Source: Psilocybe cubensis
Lineage: Eukaryota
Direction of reading: 5' to 3'
Assembly (NCBI GenBank): GCA_017499595.2
Contig: CM039000.1
Span: 1,674,001-1,738,000 of the forward strand
Length of the DNA stretch: 64,000 nt
Shown in pieces: positions 14,601 through 24,518 of the stretch. Every line of letters starts with the position of its first letter. Position 1 is the first letter of the stretch. The notes under the pieces were generated by a model. The model was not told the origin of the DNA, did not search any database, and saw only the letters and a list, made by a program, of their open reading frames with translations. The position numbers and the translations under genes were made by a program.

Positions 14601-15937
14601 GGCCGTATATAACCCTTCTTGAGGTTGTCATCAATGAATTCCTTCAGTGCCCGAAGCTCTGCTGCTGACATCTGGTATAGCTTGCCAACAGGAGGTGGCA
14701 CATTGCCCTCTAACTCAATCGCCAAATCATGGGGCTTATGGGCCGGAAGCCGTTCGGACCGACCCTTATCAAAGACATCCAAAAATTCGTGAAACTCTGC
14801 AGGCACTAAATCTTCAACTGAGCCAGTAGCTTTTGCAGGAGTTGCAGCCTCTGCCAGGCGCTGTGATACTGAATGACTGGCGGCAGCACGAATACCTGGC
14901 CCCTGGCATCCACGGTGTGATTCTCCATCCCAGCACTGTTCCAAGGACACACCCTCAACCACCCCACCTGCCTCTTCTTGTTGCACTGCATGCTCCAAAG
15001 CTTTTGCAATCTCTGCATGTGCAACACGAAGTGCATCTGCCTGTAGGTCACGTGTCATCTGTGTCCAACTTGCACGCGAACATTTTAAAAAGTGCAGAGA
15101 TTCCCTCCGAATGCGAAGTCGGCCCGTAGCGCCACATGTGTTGGTTTGGCGGCACTGGCTATGCGTGTGAGGTGTCTTACGGCCTGGTTTTTGCCGGACT
15201 GGATGTAACAGCTTCAACCTCTCCACATCATCAGCCTCAACTTCCAACCCAGTACGTCTCGCCTCCCGTGCGTGCTGGCGTGCACGGCGGCGTTGCCTTT
15301 CTAGCAGTCGCTTACGCAGCCTTCCAGGTGAAGGTGAAGCAGCTGCAGCAGTTATGGCCTCCGGCAAAGGTAAGCACCTCTGCCTGCAGTATTCCGAAGT
15401 AAAATCCAAGGTAGAGCGGTCAAAATCTACCACCGGATTGTGTCGCCGTAGCCAGTTAATCCCAAATATAAGGTTGTCATCCCCAATATCAGTAACATCG
15501 CATACTAGCAATTCCGAATGTGAGTCGATGAAAACCTTGAGGTGGACTTCATGAGTGATAAGACCCGACTTGATTTCAGAGTTGTCAATTGTGCGCAAAC
15601 GGAGGCTCCTCTTCTTTGGGATTGAAATTAGGCCATGTTGCTCCACAAAACGTGGATTAATGAAACAGCAGCTAGCGCCCGAATCTAGCATTGCCCTAGT
15701 ATCAATAATGGTAGGCACATTGGGTGTCGCGGTTTTGTGTACATGAATAGTAATTGGAATTTCAAAGGAAGAAAACTGTGATCGAGGAGAACGAGCATGA
15801 ATCACAGCTGCACGGCGGGTCCGACAACGACGGCGGCGAGGCACAGTCTGATTTGGACCAGTCAAAACCAATTTATTTGGAGGCGTAAGTACAGAAAACC
15901 TGTTCTGGGTTGCACTTGCAGCGACAAGGCAAGGCAA
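11687..15937 (-). CDS. pol: Retrotransposon Pol (protease, RT, RNase H, integrase, chromodomain), in the -1 frame relative to gag
   Basis: AMLDSGA protease; PVFFVKKKDGSLRLVVDFRALN and YLDD RT; ETDASD RNase H; H..H/CDTC zinc finger, DDE core and GPF integrase; FLVKWLGF..ENEW chromodomain; 1416 codons without a stop. Confidence 0.97.
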   Translation of the reverse strand: MPCLVAASATQNRFSVLTPPNKLVLTGPNQTVPRRRRCRTRRAAVIHARSPRSQFSSFEIPITIHVHKTATPNVPTIIDTRAMLDSGASCCFINPRFVEQHGLISIPKKRSLRLRTIDNSEIKSGLITHEVHLKVFIDSHSELLVCDVTDIGDDNLIFGINWLRRHNPVVDFDRSTLDFTSEYCRQRCLPLPEAITAAAASPSPGRLRKRLLERQRRRARQHAREARRTGLEVEADDVERLKLLHPVRQKPGRKTPHTHSQCRQTNTCGATGRLRIRRESLHFLKCSRASWTQMTRDLQADALRVAHAEIAKALEHAVQQEEAGGVVEGVSLEQCWDGESHRGCQGPGIRAAASHSVSQRLAEAATPAKATGSVEDLVPAEFHEFLDVFDKGRSERLPAHKPHDLAIELEGNVPPPVGKLYQMSAAELRALKEFIDDNLKKGYIRPSKAPCGAPVFFVKKKDGSLRLVVDFRALNAITRPDAYPIPLSAELLDRLKAAKVFTTLDMRWGYYNVRIREGDEWKTSFRTRYGQFEFLVMQFGLRNAPAAFQRMVNDLFHDLVDINVVLYLDDIIIFSQDPSKHDEQVKEVLRRLRKADLFLKPEKCQFRTTEVDYLGFRISPGCVGMDPVKVSGVTDWPVPRNVRHVSRFLGFCNFYRRFIADYANITRPLENLKRKDMAWRWGDVEQAAFAQLKQAFIQAPVLMLPEMEAPFHVETDASDFAVGAILSQKDAAGDWRPVAYFSKAMQPAERNYDVHDKELLAVVRALEVWRPYLEGNPFCIDIFSDHRNLEFFMTARDLNRRQARWSLFLNRFVFKIHHRPGRLSAGPDELSRRADHIHGMARDNAAMEILPAERLGQDSNDGGGGTVLGKRGVVLELRCCGMSKVVARVGQVIRADKEIMDRIRTVSRKDPKLDLMWDLPNAPGLVQRRLKDFVVDDGVVRFRGLVYVPNDEELKRWILQLYHDAIPAGHPGISNTLELVSRNYYWPRMSEFVARYVDGCDTCQRTKPRRQKPYGKLQPLEVPAGPWQHISTDYIGPLPPSQGYDAVQVVCDKSTKRAHFLPAHTTDGAVEMCDTFIDRVWSLHGTPKKIVSDMGPQFIAKYTKRLWERLGIKRAMSSANHPQTDGQTERVNQELEIYLRAYVDYYQDDWVQWLPFAEFAYNNRHHTAIGMSPFFAEYGYNPSFSVDPVNSQSVPRADERLERIHRVQGELQAILTLTAERMKKFHDDWVDEAPDYIPGDRVFLERSDLRSSRPNNKLDFRRFGPFRIAQKVSDSAYRLELPAGWAIHDVFHVSCLIPARTDTILGRRQLPPPPVLMPGGEEREIERILRERRTRGGVVEFLVKWLGFDESENEWIPEYGMQNARRLVAKFRREEATRGKVKISRKQGVSRRVNTEGGAVEGVLQGRRRGRPRTVG

Positions 15938-15952
15938 CCCTACACAAAACCC
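15907..15952 (-). promoter_or_regulatory. Programmed -1 ribosomal frameshift signal (G GGU UUU + stem-loop)
   Basis: In the gag frame CCG GGT TTT GTG TAG contains an X XXY YYZ heptamer (15946-15952), a 5-nt spacer and a hairpin GGGTTGC-CTTGC...GCAAG-T-GCAACCC; a -1 slip enters the open pol frame. Confidence 0.8.
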
Positions 15953-17094
15953 GGCTCGGGGGCTGCAGGTTCCGCTATGGGTGGCTCGGAGGAAACTGTT
16001 CCCAATCCATGTGCTTCAAGCACCTTTGTGACCTCCTCTAAAAGCCCTGCCCGCAGCCGAGCAACAGTAGATGGACAGTTGGCACGAACATGACCACTCT
16101 CTCCACATCGATAGCATTTCCGAGGTAAGTGCCGGGCCGCATCAACATCCATAGCATTAGGATCACGTGGAGCAGGAGGAAGGGATGCCTGAGCAGGGCG
16201 GGGTTGAACAGCATGAGTTCCTGAAGGTAAAGCTGACCGTGCAATAGCAGGTGTAGGCACTGCAGGACTGCGGTGTGGGTGAGGAGCGTGACGTCGTAGT
16301 TCTGCTGCAATGTCTGCATGTCGTGTTTCGCGACGCAAAAGAATTGCCTGGGCTTCCTCTGCCCCCTTGAAGTCTGAGTGAGCCAGAAGCTGCTTGGTTT
16401 GTAAAGACAAACCAGCCCAGAAACACGCATCCACAAATGTCCCAGTCCTATCTGCTACTGGCAACCGAGCAACCAACTCGCGGAACTCAGTAATGTACTG
16501 GGTATCGGATTTCTGGCCCTGCTTGAAGCCCAAGAGGCGCTGTGTAGCATCGCGTGCCGAGTCACGAGAGCAGAATGTGGCCTTGAATGCTGCCAGATAT
16601 GCATCCCAATTTTCACGGAGTTCGGAATTTCCACCCTCTGCGTCGCCGAGTGTAATGACTGCCGACCACGAGTATGCCTGCCCAGATAGATAAGACTGCG
16701 CCCATAGAATACACTGCGCATCATTGGAAAACTCCTCAAAGTGGCGGTTAACCGATATCTGCTGAACCCACTCCTCCGCTTTCTGTTTGCTTGTCCCATC
16801 AAACACCGTGGCAGGATTAACTTTCGGCATCCGAGAGGGACGAGCACGAGCGGCGCTCACGGCATCAAGTCGTTGCTCGGTTGCCGCCAACGCAGCGCGG
16901 AGTTCCTGGTTCTGCACCTCTAGACGAGAAAAACCCTCTGCCGCCTCCTCCAGGCCTCGCTCCAACTCGGACAACCTGGGTGCAAGCAACACCTCCAAGG
17001 CCGTATAAACCTCCTGCGCAATAGGATTGGTGATCGTGGGGGGTGGCGGCGGATGCTCGCCCTCTCCTATCGTAGTGGAATTCCCATCCGGCAT
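15940..17094 (-). CDS. gag: Retrotransposon Gag
   Basis: Coiled-coil N-terminus, capsid-like region (PATVFDG..W..SYLSGQAYSW..FKATF..QGQKSDTQYITEF), PNAMDVD motif and CCHC knuckle CYRCGESGHVRANC; likely ATG at 17094, TAG at 15940. Confidence 0.92.
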   Translation of the reverse strand: MPDGNSTTIGEGEHPPPPPTITNPIAQEVYTALEVLLAPRLSELERGLEEAAEGFSRLEVQNQELRAALAATEQRLDAVSAARARPSRMPKVNPATVFDGTSKQKAEEWVQQISVNRHFEEFSNDAQCILWAQSYLSGQAYSWSAVITLGDAEGGNSELRENWDAYLAAFKATFCSRDSARDATQRLLGFKQGQKSDTQYITEFRELVARLPVADRTGTFVDACFWAGLSLQTKQLLAHSDFKGAEEAQAILLRRETRHADIAAELRRHAPHPHRSPAVPTPAIARSALPSGTHAVQPRPAQASLPPAPRDPNAMDVDAARHLPRKCYRCGESGHVRANCPSTVARLRAGLLEEVTKVLEAHGLGTVSSEPPIAEPAAPEPGFV

Positions 17095-17169
17095 GCTGGA
17101 AAGAAGCCCCAAAGGCGCAAATGCCGAAAAAAAAAATTTCTCCGGAAGGAAACGGGTTGAACGTATAAG

Positions 17170-17180
17170 AGCTTTGACCA
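17170..17180 (-). other. Primer-binding site, self-priming type
   Basis: Minus strand TGGTCAAAGCT starts 2 nt after the 5' LTR and is exactly complementary to AGCTTTGACCA within the LTR (minus strand of 17288-17298). Confidence 0.8.
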
Positions 17181-17182
17181 AG

Positions 17183-17365
17183 TGTAAGGTTCTCACTGTG
17201 GTCTGCAATGCAGCACGAAAGGTAACCTAATAACGAAGTTATATAAAGAATGGAGTATGTACCAGTAGTACATACCTAATAACGAAGTGGTCAAAGCTAA
17301 AGGATATACTGTATCTACGAAGGAGGATAACAGCGCGGGATCACGTGTGTGGTCATATCATGACA
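17183..17365 (-). repeat. 5' LTR (183 bp)
   Basis: Identical copy of 11350-11532, followed by TSD GCGCC at 17366-17370. Confidence 0.97.
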
Positions 17366-18512
17366 GCGCCCCCAGACAATTTAGAAGCAAAACCGACTTT
17401 ATATCATGTTCTATCGCATATATTTCCTCTCGTGTCCATCCTGCCGCTCACTCTCAATACATTAAATAACACTCCCTTTTATCCTGAGTCCATAGATGAA
17501 GATTTGCACAGTGGTCATCTACAATTACCGAAAGGGACTGTTCTTGTCCTTGCCGAAGGTGCAGTCACTGAAGGAGACATTTTCAATAAAGGCATGTATC
17601 TTTTTTTATTGAAAACCGAATATGGAGTAATATATTTCTTACTCAGGTGTGATGAACATACGCGCAACTCAAGACATGATGTCGGAACAAAATCTGCAAT
17701 ACGTCTTTCCATTCAGTAGCTTCCAATTTGAAACAGAAGTAAACTTTCTCGTTACAACAGAGGGGAGAAAAAGTACATTTTTCAAGGTAATCTTTGAATT
17801 TATCGGAACGTCTTGAATCGAAACATGAATTCCCGCTTTCAGACGGATATTGTTGTTCCTCTTCGGCCTATGGTTTCCGAAGCCAATGATATCAAACATA
17901 GGCTTTACAATGCAGCAGACACTATACGACTTCCGCCTGCTGATAAACTCTTACAATTCCGCCAATTGGCAGGAGGTTCAATGATTGGAAATGTCGCTGT
18001 TGCCGACGTGTTAGGAAAGGCACGTCTTTCTCTGAATAGAACTGAAGACATACATTGTTGAGCGCAGACTTTAGCATGTCGAAGAAGATTTCATTCGAGA
18101 ACGGTCCTCCGAGGGAAACAATGGAGCGAAGACAAATAAAACCACCTTTTCCCCCGATGATCTCATATCGCGAATGCTAATTGCAAGGTAAGTTTCTAAT
18201 ATTGAATAGACTTGCGTTAAGACATTTGTGCTTTAGATTAATTGCTTTGTCATTGCACCAAACTGAAGTCAATCTAGAAAGTTGGGAAAGCGCAAAGACT
18301 CTCGAAGCGCAGACAAGAAGTAGAGTTTAAATCAGCAGGTGTACGCAAAAGAGTCAAGTACAATAAAATTGGCAGGCATTTAGTAAAGTACAAAATATGT
18401 TTTGATAAGAATAATATGTGCATCATATAAAGAATAGAGCTGAGTACTGAGTTAGCGTCACGTTGAAGACAAAAGGCAGGACAACTTTAGTGCAGAGTAT
18501 ATGTGTGGAATA

Positions 18513-21500
18513 TCAAACTGCCGGCTTGAACTTTGATTTGCTTCTCTGCAAGGGCAAGGCCGGTGCTGCCACATTGGAACTTGGGCCAGCTGGTGGTCGA
18601 TATTCATATTTGGATGTAAGGGATGCAGGGCTATCCACAGGCTTGAATTTACTATGTGGTAAAAAGGTTTTTTCCGTTAGCTACGTCCGACAATAAAGGG
18701 ATTAACTGATTCGATACCTATGCAACATCTTGTTCTGATTGATACACAATTCAAGGAATCGTTGGCCGTGGCTATACCATTTATTCTCAATATATTGGGA
18801 AAGTCTAGGTTCAGGCAAGTCCACGCAATTGGCTAACTCGATTTTGAATGAATGATAATCTAGAGATATAATTAGCCTGGAAGATCTTTTTGAATGAAGA
18901 AGGAACACTTTTACCAGATGGACAAACAGCACTCAGGTTTTGTAAAACGTGGTCAGGGAACACTTCGTCTGGAAGCTGAAGATTCTCTGACAGCATGATC
19001 TGCGGCGGAGAAGTATAAAACAAACACTCAAATGATCGAACAATTGTATGCAAACGTACCTCTTTCCGTAGGTCCAACATTTTGGTGTACAAGACTTCCA
19101 CTGGGTCAGTAGTGGAGCGTCTCAGAGGCTTGGTTATTACAGAAGTGTTCACTGTGATGTCAGAGACAACAGGGAGAGAGGTACATGATTTAATGGGGCC
19201 AGCAGAATACGGAGAGTGTGCTTCAGTGACAGGATCATCCATATCGTACATGTCATCCGAAAGCTCAATTGGATCGTCTTCAACTTCGGCCTTCTTCTTT
19301 CCTCTACGTGACTTTGGCGCAGTGCTCACAGAGTCGCCACCCCCCACCGCTTTCTTCCGCTGCTTCGGCTCCTTTTCCGGTTTGGGATGCCAATCCAGAA
19401 CAATTTTTATTTGGCCGTTAAGCAGAGATGATGCTTGTGGTCCTAACTGTATACATAATCCATTTAGAACAGGCTTCAGGGGTGTAAAACAAACTTACCT
19501 CAAGGTAATCAACGTGGAACCCATGATTCTTGAGCACAGAGTTGTAGGAGATCATTTCCAGGAAAATGAGTCGATTGAACATAAGTTCAATCAGTTCGAT
19601 TGGAACTTTGGATAGCGATCCATAATAGGGATTTTTTTCGAACCGCATCTTGACATCAGAAGCACCCGAACCACGCATAACCTGCAGGAGTTGAGGCTGA
19701 GTTATTTGGTCACCGTGGTTAAGAACATGTTGAATGAGGTTAAGTGCAGCCTGAGCATGTTTAGTGACATCCTCTTTTACTAATCTCCCTGAATCTGATT
19801 GACAGTTGTCGCAACCACGATTGCAATTTCTTGGGGCGAATTTTTCGTCGAAATGCTGCAGAATTTGAACTCTGCGACATTCAGAGATGTTTGCACAGAA
19901 TTTATAGACTTCCCTGACCCCTTCAATTTGCCGCCGCTTACTGTCAGGTGTTGAGTCTTCGGTTTTTCTAATCTGGTCGATGAGCCTGCACAAATCTTTG
20001 CCGGAATAGACTAGCATCAGATTAATGATCAATGTGTGTAACTGAGGCTTCATGTATTGCAACCTACGCGTCAGACAATCAGCGGCTTTGCCATCCCGAC
20101 CCGCCCGTCCAGTTTCTTGATAATATCTAGGTAAACATTAGAATTGTCTCTGGAGTCAAAAATCACTATCCTTCTGGATTCTTACCCTGACAAAGATTTG
20201 GGCATATCATGATGGATAACAAAGCGAACTGCATCAGGACTTGATTAGTAGCAGACACAATGAAAAATAAATTGACAATACCATCAGCTTTATCGATGCC
20301 CATGCCAAAAGCAATCTTAACTAAGTTAGCGGGTGAAGCAAATTACAGTAGTAATAACACTTACTGTTGCAACAATGACTAATGTTCTATCATTCTGCCA
20401 ATCTTGGGCTGCCTGCTCTTTGTTCTGAGGGGACATCCCTGCGTGAAAATACGATGCTTTGATGCCTTTCTCACATAGTTTGGCTGCAACTTTCTCGCAA
20501 CTATTTCGAGACAGGCAGTAAATAACACCGGTGTGCCCTTTGTGGTATGTATTAATGAACGTGATAATGTCGGTTAAAGGATTCTTCTTCAGTCGCACAG
20601 TGTAGGTAAGATTTGGTCTGTTAAAAGATTGAATAAATGTAGCCTCATTTTTCATGCCGAGTTGTGCAACGATGTCCTTGACGGTCCGCTTGTTAGCTGT
20701 AGCAGTGAGAGCCATGATGGGCACATTGCTGTATTCCTTGCGCAACTTTCCTAGACGGGTATACTGGGGGAAAGTTCAGCAACAGTATTAAGGACAACAT
20801 TTTGCACTAACCGCTTCCCGGAAGTCTTGACCCCATGTTGAAATACAATGAGCTTCGTCGATAACAAATCTTGCCAAGTTACCCTGGTTATAAAGCGCTG
20901 TAAGAATCTTGTCTACAGAACTGCTTGCATCCAGTTTTTCCGGAGTGATATACCATAGGTTAGGTTTCGACTCGGCCCTAACCAGATGCTGCCAGTCATC
21001 ACCTGAATTGTCGGAACTCGATAAACGTGCGTCTATCCTTTTCTTGGACAAACTATCCACTTGATCCTTCATCAACGCCACCAATGGGGATATAACGACT
21101 GTGACACCTTTTGTCCTTCCGTTTGTGCACACAGCTGGCAATTGAAAGCAAAGACTTTTCCCTCCGCCAGTTGGCATTAGGACGAAAACATCTCTCCCCT
21201 CGAGGGCTGCCGTAATAGCCTCAAGTTGATTATTTCGAAAATTTGTGAGTTTGAAAACGTGTCTGAGTTTGTGCATGATTTCCGCATAGAAAGGACTCGA
21301 CGAGATTTCGTCGTTACTCGTGTTAGCAGAATGTGAGAAATCTGGTATGATGTGCGAGAGGTCGTCCATTCCTTTCCAGAGTTCATCATCCTCATCCTCT
21401 ACCTGTCTTCCTTTAGGAGGAGAAACACGGGAAACGACGTCCATGACGGCATGTGGGGTAGTATGCTGGTTAGATGAGTTAATGAGATTCCCTGTGGATG

Positions 21501-22293
21501 CATTCGGAAAAGTTGCGGTTGGGATTGGCGTATTACCTCCCGGTGTTGGTATAGTCGACAGATGTCGATCTCCGTAGGTTTTCGCTGTGATAGCTGTTTG
21601 AATAGCTTGCAACCGGCAATCTATCAACCGCCTAATTGCAAGTTATCAGTTAGGCTCATGCAACTATAGCGAATTAACTGACTTAATATCTTCAAGAAGG
21701 ACCAAGTCCTTCGTTGCATCCCCTTTATGGTACTCGATACACTGCGCAGAGATATACCTTTCAAGCAAAAGAACTGACAATTGTTTCTTCTCCAGCATGG
21801 CTGGCGGTTCCTAAAAGGGTGTGAGGTGCGAAAATAGAAGACACTCTATAAGCATTATGCGTACTGCGTCAAGATCACAGTGTCCTGTATCCCGAGGGGC
21901 TTGGGGAAGGGTACAATTAATTTTTGAAGATGCGACCAACACGTTTTCCTTTTCCTCAGAAACCATTTTCTGTCTTTTGGGAGGATGGGGGGAAACTTCT
22001 TCAACGAGAGAGTTAACAGAGGAATTCCTCTTTACAGGGCCTGGTGTTGACGGGGCCGAATCGCTAGAGACATACACCACATCCTTCGATGGGTTTGGTA
22101 GTATCTTTGTCACTTGGAACCCAGGGGTGGAAAACGTTCCTAAGACCGGCCTGTTAGCTGAGACCGAAGGCTTAAATTTCGAAGTCTATGTATAACAATT
22201 AATTGAGCCAATTCAAAAAACTTTGGCTGGAATCACATAACCACCTACCTTGAGTGTTCCTGCACTTGAACCGACATTGCTTGAACTTTGCAT
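18513..22293 (-). CDS. SGS1: RecQ helicase (Sgs1/BLM-like); start approximate
   Basis: FRNNQLEAI, MPTGGGKSLCFQLPA, VIDEAHCISTWG, ALTATA, SFNRPNL, IYCLSR, AFGMGIDK, YYQETGRAGRDG, RQC zinc site CRRVQILQHF..C..GCDNC, HRDC-like C-terminus. Confidence 0.93.
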
Positions 22294-22633
22294 GCCGAAC
22301 GGGGATTCTAATTGATGGATAAGGAGAGCCTCTTAAATCGATCTTGTCGATCTTGGATATAGCTATCGACGCCAGAATTGTTGACAAGCTAGGTCCGGTC
22401 TGGCTTGGGTCTGGCGGGTAACGGATTCTGGACAGAAATAGCTAACTGGGGAGCCACATGAAAGGTGAATTACAAGTAACGTCCAACGACTGGTGTGACG
22501 GTACGCGCATCTCACGTGATCGTCGCGTCCTAAACGAACGATTTCAACATGTAACGGCGCTTGGTAAATCTACTCATCTATTCCCTCACAGGATAACCAA
22601 TAAAGCGTAATCATTAGCGACAGGGCAGCAATT

Positions 22634-24393
22634 ATGAATAAAGGCATATTTCCGGAAATGTCGATACCGGAGGTCATTAATGCCTTCGCTGGCTGGAACA
22701 TTACAGTCACTCCGGAGCAACTGAAAAATCCCTCACCGGATTTCGTCGAGGGCCTCTATTGCGCCTGTCTGCAGCAGGCCACTGATTTGACCCACGAATC
22801 CCTGAGAGAGCCATCTCAAATAGCTTTGAATGCATCCCAAGTTGACGAAAAGGTATATTTACTGTTGCTGTCTACTACGTGCTGGTACCTGACACTTTGA
22901 CATACGAACCATTAGGACCTGTACGAGACTGCATTAGCTAGCAACATCCTACTATATCATCTGTAAGCCGTATCTTGGTATTTATGTTCTTTCCGCTAAA
23001 ACGCGCTCCAGAACACGATTCGCCAAAGCCGCAAGAGTCGATGATTTCAATGCACAAGATGTGTTCGCTCCTCAACAGACTCGAACTATGATCTTGTTAT
23101 CGGCTTTTATCAACTTTATCAGGTTCACCGAACAATTTTGTGATACATTTTTAAAAGACTTGAGGGATCGCTCGGATGCCATTATCATCCAGCGAAATAA
23201 TGCTGCAGTTCAACTTCGTGATATTCAAGGGCAATACGACGAACTAAGGTGTGTGGAGGAGATCAACTGTCTCATTTGGGTACTGACTACCACTTCAGTG
23301 CTCGGATAGCTAAGGACAAACCAATGTGTGAAAAGTTGAATGCAGAAAACACCACATTATCCAGCACTATGCTCATGACGAAGGACGCGCAGACTAAGGC
23401 AGTTAGGGACGTGGAGCAGTATAGAGCAGACAGAAACGAGCTTATTAATCGAAAGGTACCATTTAGTACTCGTAGCCTGTAAGCCACTAACTATATGCGA
23501 CCAGGAAATTCTCAACTCAGAAATCAAGACACTCGAAGATTCGATCCAAAGAACGCGTTCGCGAATTGTACAATCTCCTGAAAGGATTAAAAAGACTATT
23601 TCAATTATGTCCAACACCGCAATGGAAGATAAAAAGACTGTGGCCATGCAAGAAGCTAAGTCTCGCGATCTACAGGCAAAGATCAATGCACTTCATAACA
23701 TTGAAAAGGTGATTTGGCATCAATGCGCGACTATCTTCATTTATTAAGATTTATATATAGGACGTTCGCGGCTGCATTGAACAAATCCAAAGCATTGAAC
23801 GAGAGGTCCAATCCCTAGAACTTTCTCAAAAAGCTCTAGGTGAACTTCGATATCACTTGGAAGAAAAGGTCATCGAAAGAAACGAACTTCGATCTAGACA
23901 GGAGGTAAAAGCTATGTCCTTCCACTTTCCATATCTTACCTGTCATCCAGCGCGTCAACGATCAACTTGCCAATGCTAATCTTAAACTGGAACGTGCTAA
24001 AAAGCACGCAGAAGAAAAGAAAACGTCAACTCAAAAGACCATTGTGCGTCTACAGCAGGAATACAGTCAGATGGTTATTGAAAGAAGAGAAAACGACAAA
24101 CAAATTGAAGAAGTTCGTGATGAAGCAAATCAGGTGGAGGCATCCGTATGTCCTTGTAATCCCTCAATGATTTGCAGAGAACTTAATTTTCTTATAGATG
24201 CACAAACACTTGAAGCAAAGTGAAGTAGAACTAAATGAGCTCCTTGCTGAATATTGGAGACTTCGCCATGAAACTGGTACGCCGTATTTTTTTGATCCTT
24301 CTCAATCTTTCGAACGCCTCTTAAATGGCTGTAACAGACGTTTACATGGAAACACTTGCTAATAAATTAAACATGCGAGTCGTTTCAGAGTGA
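22634..24393 (+). CDS. NUF2: Kinetochore Ndc80-complex subunit Nuf2
   Basis: N-terminal FP...EQLKNPSPDFV CH domain, LLSAFINFIRF, RSRIVQSPERIK, long coiled coil; about 8 introns. Confidence 0.88.
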
Positions 24394-24518
24394 TGAAGAT
24401 GGAGAACGAGTATGCGTATTTATTGGAATAATTTAATCGCATGTGTAAAATCATCTCGACAATCATAGTGTATTATACGGAATGTAGTGATTATACCCAG
24501 TTTATTTTAATATAACCA

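Larger units (their letters stand above)
11350..17365 (-). mobile_element. Full-length Ty3/gypsy (Metaviridae) chromovirus LTR retrotransposon, 6016 bp
   Basis: Two 183-bp LTRs (TG...CA), identical on base-by-base reading; 5-bp TSD GCGCC at 11345-11349 and 17366-17370; gag and pol ORFs intact, domain order PR-RT-RH-IN-chromodomain. Confidence 0.98.
10267..18330 (+). pseudogene. MCMBP: MCM-binding protein (MCMBP/Mcb1) gene interrupted in a coding exon by an LTR retrotransposon (disrupted allele)
   Basis: 5' exons encode SLVIFNAMVQDT..SPELYL, WAVSIPG, HKYP, QIKVYD, LGGDYVAAEW; 3' exons encode DEDLHSGHLQLPKGT..EG..NKGVMNI..QNLQYVFPFSSFQFET..EGRKS, typical of the MCM_bind family. Removing the element plus one TSD restores the frame GFPAP-PDNLEAKPTL; with the element present the frame stops 15 codons into the LTR. 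Confidence 0.85.

Noticed and set aside
15937-15942. Stop-codon readthrough of gag UAG as the route to pol
   Set aside because: pol is in the -1 frame, not in frame with gag, and a slippery heptamer with a stem-loop explains it.
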